Shown here: piece by piece, positions 36,001-44,400 of the stretch
How positions within the stretch are numbered: the stretch's first letter is position 1
Layout of the letters: every line of letters starts with the position of its first letter
Assembly (NCBI GenBank): GCA_964422715.1
Contig: CAYRCM010000003.1
Location: 15,377 to 79,376 of the forward strand
Source of the DNA: an uncultured Myxococcales bacterium
GTDB lineage: Bacteria > Myxococcota_A > UBA9042 > PWKZ01 > CAYRCM01
Length of the DNA stretch: 64,000 nt
Direction: 5' to 3'
Translations under genes and position numbers: made by a program
Notes under the pieces: model-generated
Seen by the model: the letters and a program-made list of their open reading frames with translations, nothing else
What the model was told of the DNA's origin: nothing
Databases searched by the model: none

Positions 36001-37879
36001 GAGCCGTCACGCTGCCACTTCGGGCGACACCCCCTCGGCATCGAGCCCTTGGGACCGTGCCTGGGCAGGCGATCTGCTGACACTCGTCGAGCTCGAAGAG
36101 GCTCTTCGGACAGGCCCACCCGCTGGACAGGCCGAGGTCGGCGGTGATCCTGCCGCCGAAACGCGAATCGGCCGCGCCGGCGCCCGGGCCGGGGTCGAAC
36201 CGCGGAGGACGGTAGATGTGCCGGTCGACCGAGCAACAGCGGCCGGCGCCCCAAGTGGCCGCGCCGCGTTGGGCGCGGTCGAACTCGGCCGGGCCCTGAC
36301 GGCAGCGCGCCAGGTCCAGGAGCGGATGGGGGCGCCGACCCCTGTGGTGCAGCGCGTCGCTGCGGGGCTGCTGGGCCGTGAGACGGTCGGGCTTCGCCTC
36401 TCGACAGCGGTCGACGGGAGACTGACCGAGACCGAACCGGCCAACGACGTCGTGGCTCGGGCCGAGTCTGCGGCGAGGCCGCTCGGCGGGCCCGCATTCA
36501 CCGGTTTGGCGGATCGGCTCGAACGCTTGTGGGGGGGCGCTGCAGAGTCCCGCACCTCCCTCACGGGCCTTCCCGATGGCACGACCGAAGCATTCTGGGC
36601 CGAGGACGGCGCCCTCGTGCTGCCCGAACCCTCCGAGGCCGAAGCGTCGTCTCCGGCCGGTGGCGAGACGGGCGGCCTCCCGACGGCCCTCGCGACTCGG
36701 GCGGCAGCGCGGCGTGGTGCGCGCCCGGGGCGTCTCAGCGTTTCTCGGGGCGGCGCCGCCGACCAGCCGCTCACGGCTATCGAACGCGTCGCCGCGCGGC
36801 GTCTGGCGGCAGCCGCCAGCGGTGCTTTGCGGCGTCAGCCGCAGGCGGGCGGGCCGGCGGAACCCGGGCGATCGACAACCGCGTACCCGACCCTCATGGC
36901 CGTTCTCGCCGATCGGCCCGACGTTGCCGCCCGGGTTCTGCGTGCGGTTGGCGGCCAGGCCGATACGGCCGCGCAACTGCTGCGGCTCGAACCTGCAAGG
37001 CTGCCTCGGGCCGTTCGCGATGCGCTCACCCAGGCCGGCATCGACTGGGCCGCGCCTGCGCCCGCCGGAGGTGGCGCGGTGGCTGCCGAAGCCACCCGGC
37101 GTGCCAGCGCGGCGGTTCTCGACATCGAAACCATGATCGCGCTCGCCCTTGCCGACACAACGGGCGGGGTGGGCGACCCGATCAAGAGTGGCTTGGCCGA
37201 ACGGGCCCTCGGCGAAATCCCTGCCGCTTGGGCCCACGCCAACGACGCCATGGTGCAGCGGTTGGTCGAGCGGCTCACGCGCAGTCGGGCCGTCCGGCCT
37301 CTGGACATTGGCTTCGCCGACATGGAGCCGGTCGCCGGCGACACCGCCGCCACCTCTACAGAAGTGCCTGAGGCAGGCGGTGGGGTCACGCTGGTGCAGC
37401 CGGGTGCGGCGCCGACCCCGTCCGAGAATGAGCCGGCGCGGCGCACGCGTCGTGACGTCGTGGCGCCTGAGGGTCCTGGGGCCCCGATGACGGCGGCCCT
37501 CGACGCTGTCGACATGTCGCCGGTCACGTGGGACCTGATTCAGACCCGGCTCAGCAGCGCGCCCGTGTCGCACGCGCGTCCGGCCAACGTGTCTGGGGTG
37601 GCCCAGGCCATGTTGAGCAACCGCGTTCTGACCCGGTCTACACTGCCGCTCGTGGCTCCGGCCGTTGCCCAGGTCGCGGCGCAGGCGCAACTCAGCGCGT
37701 CCGGCGGTCCGACAGCCGACGCCCAGCCCACGCAGACGCAGGCCGCTGCTGGCGATGGCGCCGGTGCGGGCCTCGAAAAGCAACCCAAGCTCGATATGGA
37801 GCGTATCGCAAAGGAAATTGCGTCCAGGATTTCTCTGCGTGCGAGACGAGAGAATGATAGGAGAGGGACATGGCTCTGA
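33005..37879 (+). CDS. Giant (1624 aa) Ala/Pro/Arg-rich low-complexity protein in the tape-measure position (TMP candidate)
   Basis: 4.9-kb open frame, far beyond the random expectation of about 50 codons at 70 % GC. Codirectional with the operon, with an RBS before the ATG and a 10-nt overlap with the downstream gene. The antisense ORFs are Arg/Gly-rich artifacts. No recognisable catalytic motifs. Confidence 0.6.
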   Translation: MDESKTLGTKRDGTSPRLVADLVNRFGSEHADVTPDDSKALAGMGEWLGHLQSRSDPSHVVLSGGWTPAGGRDVQERIASRYRLAERPPIATGIAAFLGGLRWTSAPEQRFFEWGGFDDFESLMLEPELPEGADELGDTSPRPAARAGGLRAGRKGRGQASVQSRSAKAGEVARLSVATPPPGAPMAAGNLLSGESLAPPEPLRAVSAGAAPVVLDGVPLSPRTLPALTAALARVSEVFQGPAAATARRFSPAAFSAALKVVSLTSADAPSQRRHGAPPQATTDPRSQAAAQGVSPRAVGFHRGMELGTVVPGSGTGDPTPGTPETRISARAQKRRVPATSAADPTMRLGRYGFARDFSLTPAETFSSSVILRALDEAPDAGPDAFSPGAGYVQPAAPAAQSTALVGDNDIVYVSLEDLDPAVLGGGGEAEASLRVPTGLRTFARLPATVRERLSSHALTVTEAVRLQQALARSASSPAGRPLRSPHAPSAAAQAAVVPAAAVRDRVDVQTPPSLPAALRNAVAARTLPAEARFGSSEVEPAQPRPIGQPAVLGRPELLASQVRALRAALQPRTLRAPLVGRDAPSATPGTRPGARTRAASIESWIHGLAAIPGVESGASPTVGLGGSLTSAANEAAGPRQVRAATEDVGQGRVVPAGILDGESFSWSGFDFLAPQAEEAVVRDEQRVVAAALAAAAGASPTGAQRAAQRSTSKQPRRARTTRVAAALEPTASLVGGVAPALPPTVSEALAGLTGTRPTIAAGVRLRADVEEVGRGIRRAAPARAQAPVPGTADVAPATATGRPTEAASSALTAETPELAAYSYLPRLVAHLGVRQAAAVLPALRTAEARRTLTARTPEQISRLVGPERTYAEGWLSSAVELTREWLRPVGPEGPAALPEDARGVESAAASTRQRGSATAVGASVAADARPRRASAEVSAPAFGLHPGSTGEPVGHERTGGAVASERGRYWGGFAPLRSRGASGVADVLRQEALAMALASRHAATSGDTPSASSPWDRAWAGDLLTLVELEEALRTGPPAGQAEVGGDPAAETRIGRAGARAGVEPRRTVDVPVDRATAAGAPSGRAALGAVELGRALTAARQVQERMGAPTPVVQRVAAGLLGRETVGLRLSTAVDGRLTETEPANDVVARAESAARPLGGPAFTGLADRLERLWGGAAESRTSLTGLPDGTTEAFWAEDGALVLPEPSEAEASSPAGGETGGLPTALATRAAARRGARPGRLSVSRGGAADQPLTAIERVAARRLAAAASGALRRQPQAGGPAEPGRSTTAYPTLMAVLADRPDVAARVLRAVGGQADTAAQLLRLEPARLPRAVRDALTQAGIDWAAPAPAGGGAVAAEATRRASAAVLDIETMIALALADTTGGVGDPIKSGLAERALGEIPAAWAHANDAMVQRLVERLTRSRAVRPLDIGFADMEPVAGDTAATSTEVPEAGGGVTLVQPGAAPTPSENEPARRTRRDVVAPEGPGAPMTAALDAVDMSPVTWDLIQTRLSSAPVSHARPANVSGVAQAMLSNRVLTRSTLPLVAPAVAQVAAQAQLSASGGPTADAQPTQTQAAAGDGAGAGLEKQPKLDMERIAKEIASRISLRARRENDRRGTWL

Positions 37880-38580
37880 AAAACGACATCATGGGCCAGG
37901 CGTACGGCGGAGAACTGGCCCGGGCCAAGCTCAAGGTCATCGCCGAGCATGCGGGGTCGATTTCGGGTCCGACGGAACTGGAGTTGCCGATCAACCCGAA
38001 CAAGGTGACCGTCTCGAAGGAGGTCAACCGGGGTTCCGACTCTCCGGCCGTGGGCTCCGACACGAGGCAGCGCCAGGAAACGGGCAGCGAACCTCGCACG
38101 GTGACTCTCCATGACGTGATCTTCGATACGTACGAGGAGCGCGACGACGTCCGCACCAAGTACATCGACACGTTGGAGAAGTTTGCGAGCGTCGACAAGA
38201 ACCTGCACCAGCGACCGACCCTGATGCTCGACTGGGGTGCGTTCAAGACGACGTATGAAAGTGGGGGCAAGCTGCTCGTCGAAATCTCCAAGTTCGACGT
38301 GACCTACACGATGTTCCTGCGCGACGCCACCCCGGTGCGGTGCCGCACGACCATCGTGCTCAAAGAGGTCACCGACCCGAAGGAGAAGGCGTCCGAGATG
38401 CAGTCGCCCGACCACGCGAAGCTGCACACCGTCATTCGCGGCGACACGCTCCAGGCCCTGTCCTTCAAGGAGTACGACGATCCCCGGGAATGGCGCCGCA
38501 TTGCGGATGCCAACAACCTGGACGATCCGATGCAGCTCGAGCCCGGGACGAAACTGTTGATCCCGCCCATCCTCAAGTGA
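37870..38580 (+). CDS. LysM-domain tail-tube-initiator/baseplate protein (Afp7 / Mu gp43-like)
   Basis: 236 aa with a C-terminal LysM (…HTVIRGDTLQALSFKEYDDPREWRRIADANNLDDPMQLEPGTKLLIPP). In this position, before a GpD hub gene, it matches CIS and Mu-like tail loci. Confidence 0.7.
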   Translation: MALKNDIMGQAYGGELARAKLKVIAEHAGSISGPTELELPINPNKVTVSKEVNRGSDSPAVGSDTRQRQETGSEPRTVTLHDVIFDTYEERDDVRTKYIDTLEKFASVDKNLHQRPTLMLDWGAFKTTYESGGKLLVEISKFDVTYTMFLRDATPVRCRTTIVLKEVTDPKEKASEMQSPDHAKLHTVIRGDTLQALSFKEYDDPREWRRIADANNLDDPMQLEPGTKLLIPPILK

Positions 38581-38615
38581 GACGGGCGTCGCCGTAAGCG
38601 GGGAGAGCGGCTGCC

Positions 38616-39809
38616 ATGGCAAGCGGACAGACCGGAAAAGAAGTCTCCATCTCCATCAAGATCGATGGCAAGGAAACGTTGACCGGCTCGGTTGGGGGGT
38701 CCGAACCCCTCATCGACGGTGGGCCGATCCCGTACCTGCGGGTGGAGAAGTACCTGAACGCACCGGACAGCTGTGTGGTGCAGTTCAGCCAAATCAAAGA
38801 GGGCAAGATCGACATTCTCGATCAGGACTTCGAGGGCAAGTCCATCGTCATCGAGGCGGGTATCGGCCGCGGCAGTCGCGGGCCCCTGTTCGTTGGCGAG
38901 ATCGCGTATGTCGAGCCCCACTTCACCACGGGGGAAGAGCCTCCGTATACCGAGATCGGGGCGTACGACCACTCGCACCGCCTCACCCGCGGCACGCGTT
39001 CCCGAACCTGGGGCGACGGGGTCCAGGCGAGTGAGAAGGTCAGCGACGTCGCCAGCAACGTCATCTCGTCCAGCATGAGCCAGAAGGGCGATGCGACCGA
39101 CCAACTCTCGATCGACAAGGTCGACGCGTCGACGCCTCAGCACGCCTACGTCGCCCAGGTCAACCAGAACGACTACCAGTTCATGCGGCGGCTGGGCTAC
39201 GCAATGGGACGCGTGACCGACTCGGACTCGACCGCCGACGACAAGAAAGTCCGATTCGCCAAGATCGACCCATCGGCGGGCGAGGTCGTGACGATTTGCC
39301 GCGAGGCAGCCGGACAGGATCAGTCGCAGGTCCTTGCGACGAACATGCGTCTCGGTCTCAGCGCCGTTCGGCAGGTCGTCAAAGTCATCGTGCGCGGCTG
39401 GAACCAGAAAGAAAAGAAGAACATCGTCGGTATTGCTGAATCGAGCGACATCAGTTTCGACGGCACGCCGGGCTGGCAGCGTTCGGCGCAGGCGTTCTAC
39501 GGCAGCGCGAGCGCCGGGCGCGTCTACGAAGTGGTCAACCAGCCCGTCGACAGCAAGGAAGAAGCCGATGCCGTGGCGCAGGCTATCTTCAACGGGCTGT
39601 CGCTCGACTTCGTTACCGGCGAGGCCACGTTCCCCGGGCGACCTGGCATCAATCCGGGCGACATGGCCAAGGTTGACGGCAAGTACGGCGGACGTTTCGG
39701 TGGCAAGAAATTCCTCATCACGGGGGTTATCCATACCATCGACCGCTCCAACGGGTTCCTGACAACCCTCCAACTCGCGCGCAACGCCATCGGCGATCCC
39801 ACCGCCTAG
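38616..39809 (+). CDS. Baseplate hub protein, phage late control GpD / gp27 / VgrG-N-like
   Basis: 397 aa. …QNDYQFMRRLGYAMG… matches the Phage_GPD core. Has no gp5-like beta-helix spike extension. Confidence 0.7.
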   Translation: MASGQTGKEVSISIKIDGKETLTGSVGGSEPLIDGGPIPYLRVEKYLNAPDSCVVQFSQIKEGKIDILDQDFEGKSIVIEAGIGRGSRGPLFVGEIAYVEPHFTTGEEPPYTEIGAYDHSHRLTRGTRSRTWGDGVQASEKVSDVASNVISSSMSQKGDATDQLSIDKVDASTPQHAYVAQVNQNDYQFMRRLGYAMGRVTDSDSTADDKKVRFAKIDPSAGEVVTICREAAGQDQSQVLATNMRLGLSAVRQVVKVIVRGWNQKEKKNIVGIAESSDISFDGTPGWQRSAQAFYGSASAGRVYEVVNQPVDSKEEADAVAQAIFNGLSLDFVTGEATFPGRPGINPGDMAKVDGKYGGRFGGKKFLITGVIHTIDRSNGFLTTLQLARNAIGDPTA

Positions 39810-40225
39810 GCGTGCGGGCTGGTGGCCTCACACCCGTTCGATTGCTCGCCCCGCGGTCACAGCGCCCGCGGGTTGCCCTCTGGATGGCGGCCGCGACCCA
39901 AGCGGTTGCCGCTTGCGGCGCCGGCAGGGTACCTTCCCTCTCCGGACCTGGTCGGCGTCGCGCCCACTCCCCAGTCAGAACCGCTCGTCACGATTTGCCG
40001 GACGTGATCGCCCCTCGCGTCGTGTCACGCGCGGCACCGCGGGCGTTTCGGGCCCGCACCGCGCTTCGTCGGGGCCCCTCGTAGCGCCGGTCGGCGGAAA
40101 CGATCCGGCAGAGCGGCGAAGCCTGTTGCAGTCCGGGGCCGTGTGCTATCCTCGGGTTTCGTACGCGCCGTGGGTCGGGGACGAGCCCCGAACCGCGACC
40201 CAAAGAGCTGGAGGAAGCTCAAGCC

Positions 40226-41431
40226 ATGACGCACCGTCTCGCCTTCGCCGCGCTGTTCTTTGCGAGCACTCTGTTGCATGCCGGTCTGCGGGCCGACGAG
40301 CCGGCTCCCACCCCCTTCCCGGGGAGCGACGCCGGGGCGCCCCGGAGCACGTGGCAACTCTACCCCGAGTACGAGCACGGCATGCTGCGCTTCGAACGCG
40401 GCGAGTTTGCCGTCTCACTCGGAATGCGGCTTCAGACGCTGGTGTCGGTTTGGAACGGCGACGAGGCCTTGCTCGACGAAGGCGACCTCATGGAAGTGCC
40501 GGGGTTCCGGCTGCGGCGCACGCGCATCACCCTTGATGGTCAATTCATCGATGGCCTGACGTTCGGCTTGGGTGCAGAACTCTTCGACCAGGAAGAGACC
40601 GACGGGCCGTTGCTCGACGCCTGGCTCGACTATACGCCCACGCACTACATCGGGGTCCGGTTGGGCGCCCACAAGGTGCCCTACTCGGCGGCACGGCTGC
40701 ATCCGGCGCTCAACCTGGCTTTCGTCGAACGAGGCCTGGCCACGCGCGCCATGGCGCCCGACCGGGTGGCGGGGGCCACGCTGCACTCGACTCCGTGGCA
40801 AGACAGGCTCGCGCTGCAGTTGGGGGTCTACAACGGCATCGAGCGCAGATCCGGGTCGGCCTATCGTGGCTGGGAGGGGCTTGGCACGAGCCTGGGCAAC
40901 CGATTCGAACGACTGCTCGTGGCCGCGCGGCTTGACTTCGAGCCGCTCGGTCCGGTCGGGCCCGAAGAACTCGACCAGCACAAGACGACGTCCCCCTTGT
41001 TCGCGGTGGGCGGTGGCTTCATCTACAGCCCGGCGAAGACCGTGACCATGGTCGGGGCAGCGGGCTCGCTGCACTTCAAGTGGTACGGCTTCAGCCTGTT
41101 CAGCGAAGTGCTCTATCAGCGCGAGTGGCCCGAACAGCAACCCGACACCCTCAACGTGCTGCCTCACCGCACCGAGCGCCTCACGTTCGTCGGACAGGTC
41201 GGCTACACGATCCTGCGCGACCTGCTTGCGCTCGCGTTCCAAGTCGAGTGGCTCGACCTCAACATGGACCTCGAAGACAACCAGGACGAGATCATCCTGA
41301 GCGGGGTCATCAACGCGTGGGTCGTGCGCGACCTCCTGAAGGGCCAAGTCCAGTACAGCCACCGCGAAGAACTGCATGGCGTGTCACGCGCCAACGACGC
41401 GGTCTACCTGCAGGTTCAGCTCGGCTTCTAG
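40226..41431 (+). CDS. Outer-membrane beta-barrel porin-like protein (OprO/P-like candidate)
   Basis: Signal peptide (AFAALFFASTLLHAGLRA). Alternating amphipathic beta-strand pattern. C-terminal …VYLQVQLGF ends in an aromatic residue, as outer-membrane proteins do. Confidence 0.45.
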   Translation: MTHRLAFAALFFASTLLHAGLRADEPAPTPFPGSDAGAPRSTWQLYPEYEHGMLRFERGEFAVSLGMRLQTLVSVWNGDEALLDEGDLMEVPGFRLRRTRITLDGQFIDGLTFGLGAELFDQEETDGPLLDAWLDYTPTHYIGVRLGAHKVPYSAARLHPALNLAFVERGLATRAMAPDRVAGATLHSTPWQDRLALQLGVYNGIERRSGSAYRGWEGLGTSLGNRFERLLVAARLDFEPLGPVGPEELDQHKTTSPLFAVGGGFIYSPAKTVTMVGAAGSLHFKWYGFSLFSEVLYQREWPEQQPDTLNVLPHRTERLTFVGQVGYTILRDLLALAFQVEWLDLNMDLEDNQDEIILSGVINAWVVRDLLKGQVQYSHREELHGVSRANDAVYLQVQLGF

Positions 41432-41446
41432 CCAGGGAGGTGGCCA

Positions 41447-44400
41447 ATGATCGGGGGCATGGTCCGACGGTTGACCTGGGCGGGACTCATCCTCGCCTGG
41501 GCAGCCACCTCGCCGGGCTGCAACAACAACGAACGCACGCTCCAGGCGAAGCGCATCGAGCGCGAAGACGAACTCATCGGAGGCCCGCTGGCCAAGGGCC
41601 AGATCGGCGACTTCCTGCTCGAAAACGACAAGGTCCGGGTCGTCATCACGGCCACGGGGCACTCGTGGGAAGTCGGCCTCTTCAGCGGCAGCCTCATCGA
41701 CGCCGACCTGCGCCGGCCCGAGCGGTCCTTTGTGGCGGCTGGCGGGCTCGACCAGTTTGCCGAGCTGTTTCCCACCGTGAATCTCGTCACGGCCAACCCC
41801 AATGCCCCCGTGCGCGACCTCGTCGCGGCCCCGGCCGGGGTCCCCATGTGGGCGCCCGACGGCTCGGGTCAGGTTACGAACGAGACACGGCAGCTGCGGG
41901 TTGTCGACGAGCACGTGAGCGGGGTCTGGATCGAGAGCGACGGCTCGGACGGCACCGAGGCCGCCGTGGTCGCCGAAGGGCGCGGCGCCTTCCTTTTCGA
42001 GGCGCTCGGCTTGCTCCAGAGCCCGGAACTCTCGGCGTTCGTGAAGAACCTGAAAGTTGGGTTCGACTTCCGGACGACGTATGCCGTCCGGCCGGGCGAG
42101 TCTTGGGTGCGCATGCGCACGACCATCCGCTACAGCCCGAGCGACGTGCCCGCCGGCTGTCCCGGTCTGCCGGGCGACGACTGCCCCCTCGCCTGTCCGG
42201 CGGGCTACGAAACCGAATCCGTACCGGGAACCGAGGACGCCGCAACCGGCGAATGGAGCGAACTCGACTGTCCGACGTGCCGCTGTACCGTCGCCGGGAG
42301 CCAGGACTGGCAGCGTGAAGCCTGCGCCAACGCGCCCGTTTTTCGCCCCGACCCGGCCGACCCCACGACCTGGCATCGCTTCTGCCACGTGCCGGGCCAA
42401 CCGACCGTTCCATGCACCGACTACGAGGACCCAGCGGCTTGCGAATGTGGCTGCCTCAAGAGCGATTTTGGCGTGCAGGGCGACTGCAGCGCCTCCGGCG
42501 GCTACCGCTTCGAGGAAATCGAGGTCCCGAAGGAAGGCGGCGAGCCGGGCGAAGTCCGCCGCGTGTTCTGTCCGGTCTGCGCGTGCGACGGCAGCGACGA
42601 CCTGCCGCTGTACACCGAGAGCACGAGCATCTTCAACGACATCATCGGCGACCTGCCGTTCATCAACCCACGTCGCTGGCAACCGGGGATGATCGCTGGC
42701 GATTTCCTCTTCTTCGGCAAAGAATGCAACGTGTTTGCACCGGGGCTCGGCTACGACGAAGACCGCCGCATCTTCGAAAACACCTGGGAAGGCATCGGCA
42801 CCATCTCCAACCCGCTCTGCACCGACTATGTGGCCGCCGTCGGCGACCGCGTGTCGTACGGCTACTTCGCCTACGATCCCACACTGAACGTCGACGAACC
42901 GATCGACTCGGCCCGCTGTCCGACGAAACGGCTGGCACTCGTCGGGCTCAACTACCGGCCGCAGCTCTGGGACGAGGGCTCGCAGACGTTCACGGACATC
43001 TTCGACCGGCACCAGCGTCGCCGGGCGCGCGCTGGCATCCGGCAGGCGCTCGTCGACGATTTCGGCGTGACCGACACGGGCGTGGCCAGGTCGTTGCTCA
43101 CGGCCTTGCGCGTCGAACGCACGCCGCTCGTGCTCCGCACGCTCGAAACCCACTGCTACAACGGCAAGGATGACGACGCCGACGGCGTTCGCGACTGCGA
43201 AGACACCGACTGCGCGGGCGCCACGTGCGACTTCCGCTACGAAGAGTGCGAGGGCAAAGACCCGTGTCCCGCAATCGAAGACCCCCCCGCCGATTGCGAT
43301 CGCACCGGCGACAGCCGTTGTGATGGCTCCGACCTGGCGATTCAAGCCGCCATCGACGCCTTCGACGCGGCGCTCGGCGTCGCCGTCGTGGCCGAATCCG
43401 TGTGCACCGACGGCCTCGACGACGACGGCGATGGGCTCACCGACTGCGACGACGGTGACTGCGGCAGCGGAGCGGGGGGCTGCGAAGTCGGAACTGCCGA
43501 CGATACCTGCAACGCCCGCGGCTGCCGGAGCGGGGAGGCCGACTGCCTTCGAACGGGCGACGACCCAGCGTGCTGCCTCAACGGGGCTGACGACGACGGT
43601 GACGGGGCGGTTGACTGCGACGACGACAACTGCGGCGTCGAGCCGGCCTGCCAGACTCCCGTGGCCTCGGCCGAAGACCTCCTCACGGTGGGCTTCATCC
43701 CGGCGCCGGAGTGTCAACAGCCGAAGCTGCTCATCCCCCTGTTCACGAACAGTGCCACGGCGGTCATCACGCACGGCAAGCGCTGTGCCACGAGCCCGCT
43801 CTACGGCGATACGTGTCAGGGGGAGCGCTCGCTGAGCTACGAGCGCTTCTTCCTGATCGGCGAAGGCGATGTCGCGTCCATCCTCGACAGCGTGTACACG
43901 CTGCGCGGACAGGCCACCGGCACGCTGCGCGGGGCCGTGCTCGAAGCCGGCACCATGCGTCCCGTGCCGCACGCCGACGTTTTCGTACTGCGACTTCCCG
44001 TGGCCGCTCCCGCGTCGGCCGCGGCCGAGGGCAAGGCGGTCGAACCGAGCGAAGACCAACAGAACGCCGACTTCCTGCGCTACGGCTTCGCCTGGCGCGA
44101 CCTCATGGACGTTCGCGATCCCTTCGACCGCAACAATCCGGTCACGTACGACATGCTCGTGCGCGCCAACGACATCGCGTTCGGCAACATGGGGTTCGTG
44201 ACCCAGATGCAGTGCGACCGGGGCAGCGACCCGCGGCTCGACGGCGACTTCCAGGGGCGCTTGCTGCCCGGCACCTACGCCGTGGTCGCGCGCGGGTCGG
44301 ACACGACGGTGTCGGCCCTCCAGATCGTCCAGGTGCGCTCAGGCCAAACGACCGACGTCTACCCGCTCGTGCCTCCGCCCGGCAAGGTCAACTACCGGGT

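Noticed and set aside
35588-37783. 731-aa minus-strand ORF (and 34208-35497, 33247-34236) inside the giant 33005-37879 gene
   Set aside because: The composition is Arg/Gly/Pro-dominated, typical of antisense high-GC artifacts. The plus-strand frame is co-directional with the operon, has an RBS and overlaps the next gene's start.
40030-40060. GC-rich hairpin GCGGGC-GTTTCGG-GCCCGC after the GpD gene as an operon terminator
   Set aside because: No U-tract follows it. Short GC palindromes occur frequently by chance at this GC content.
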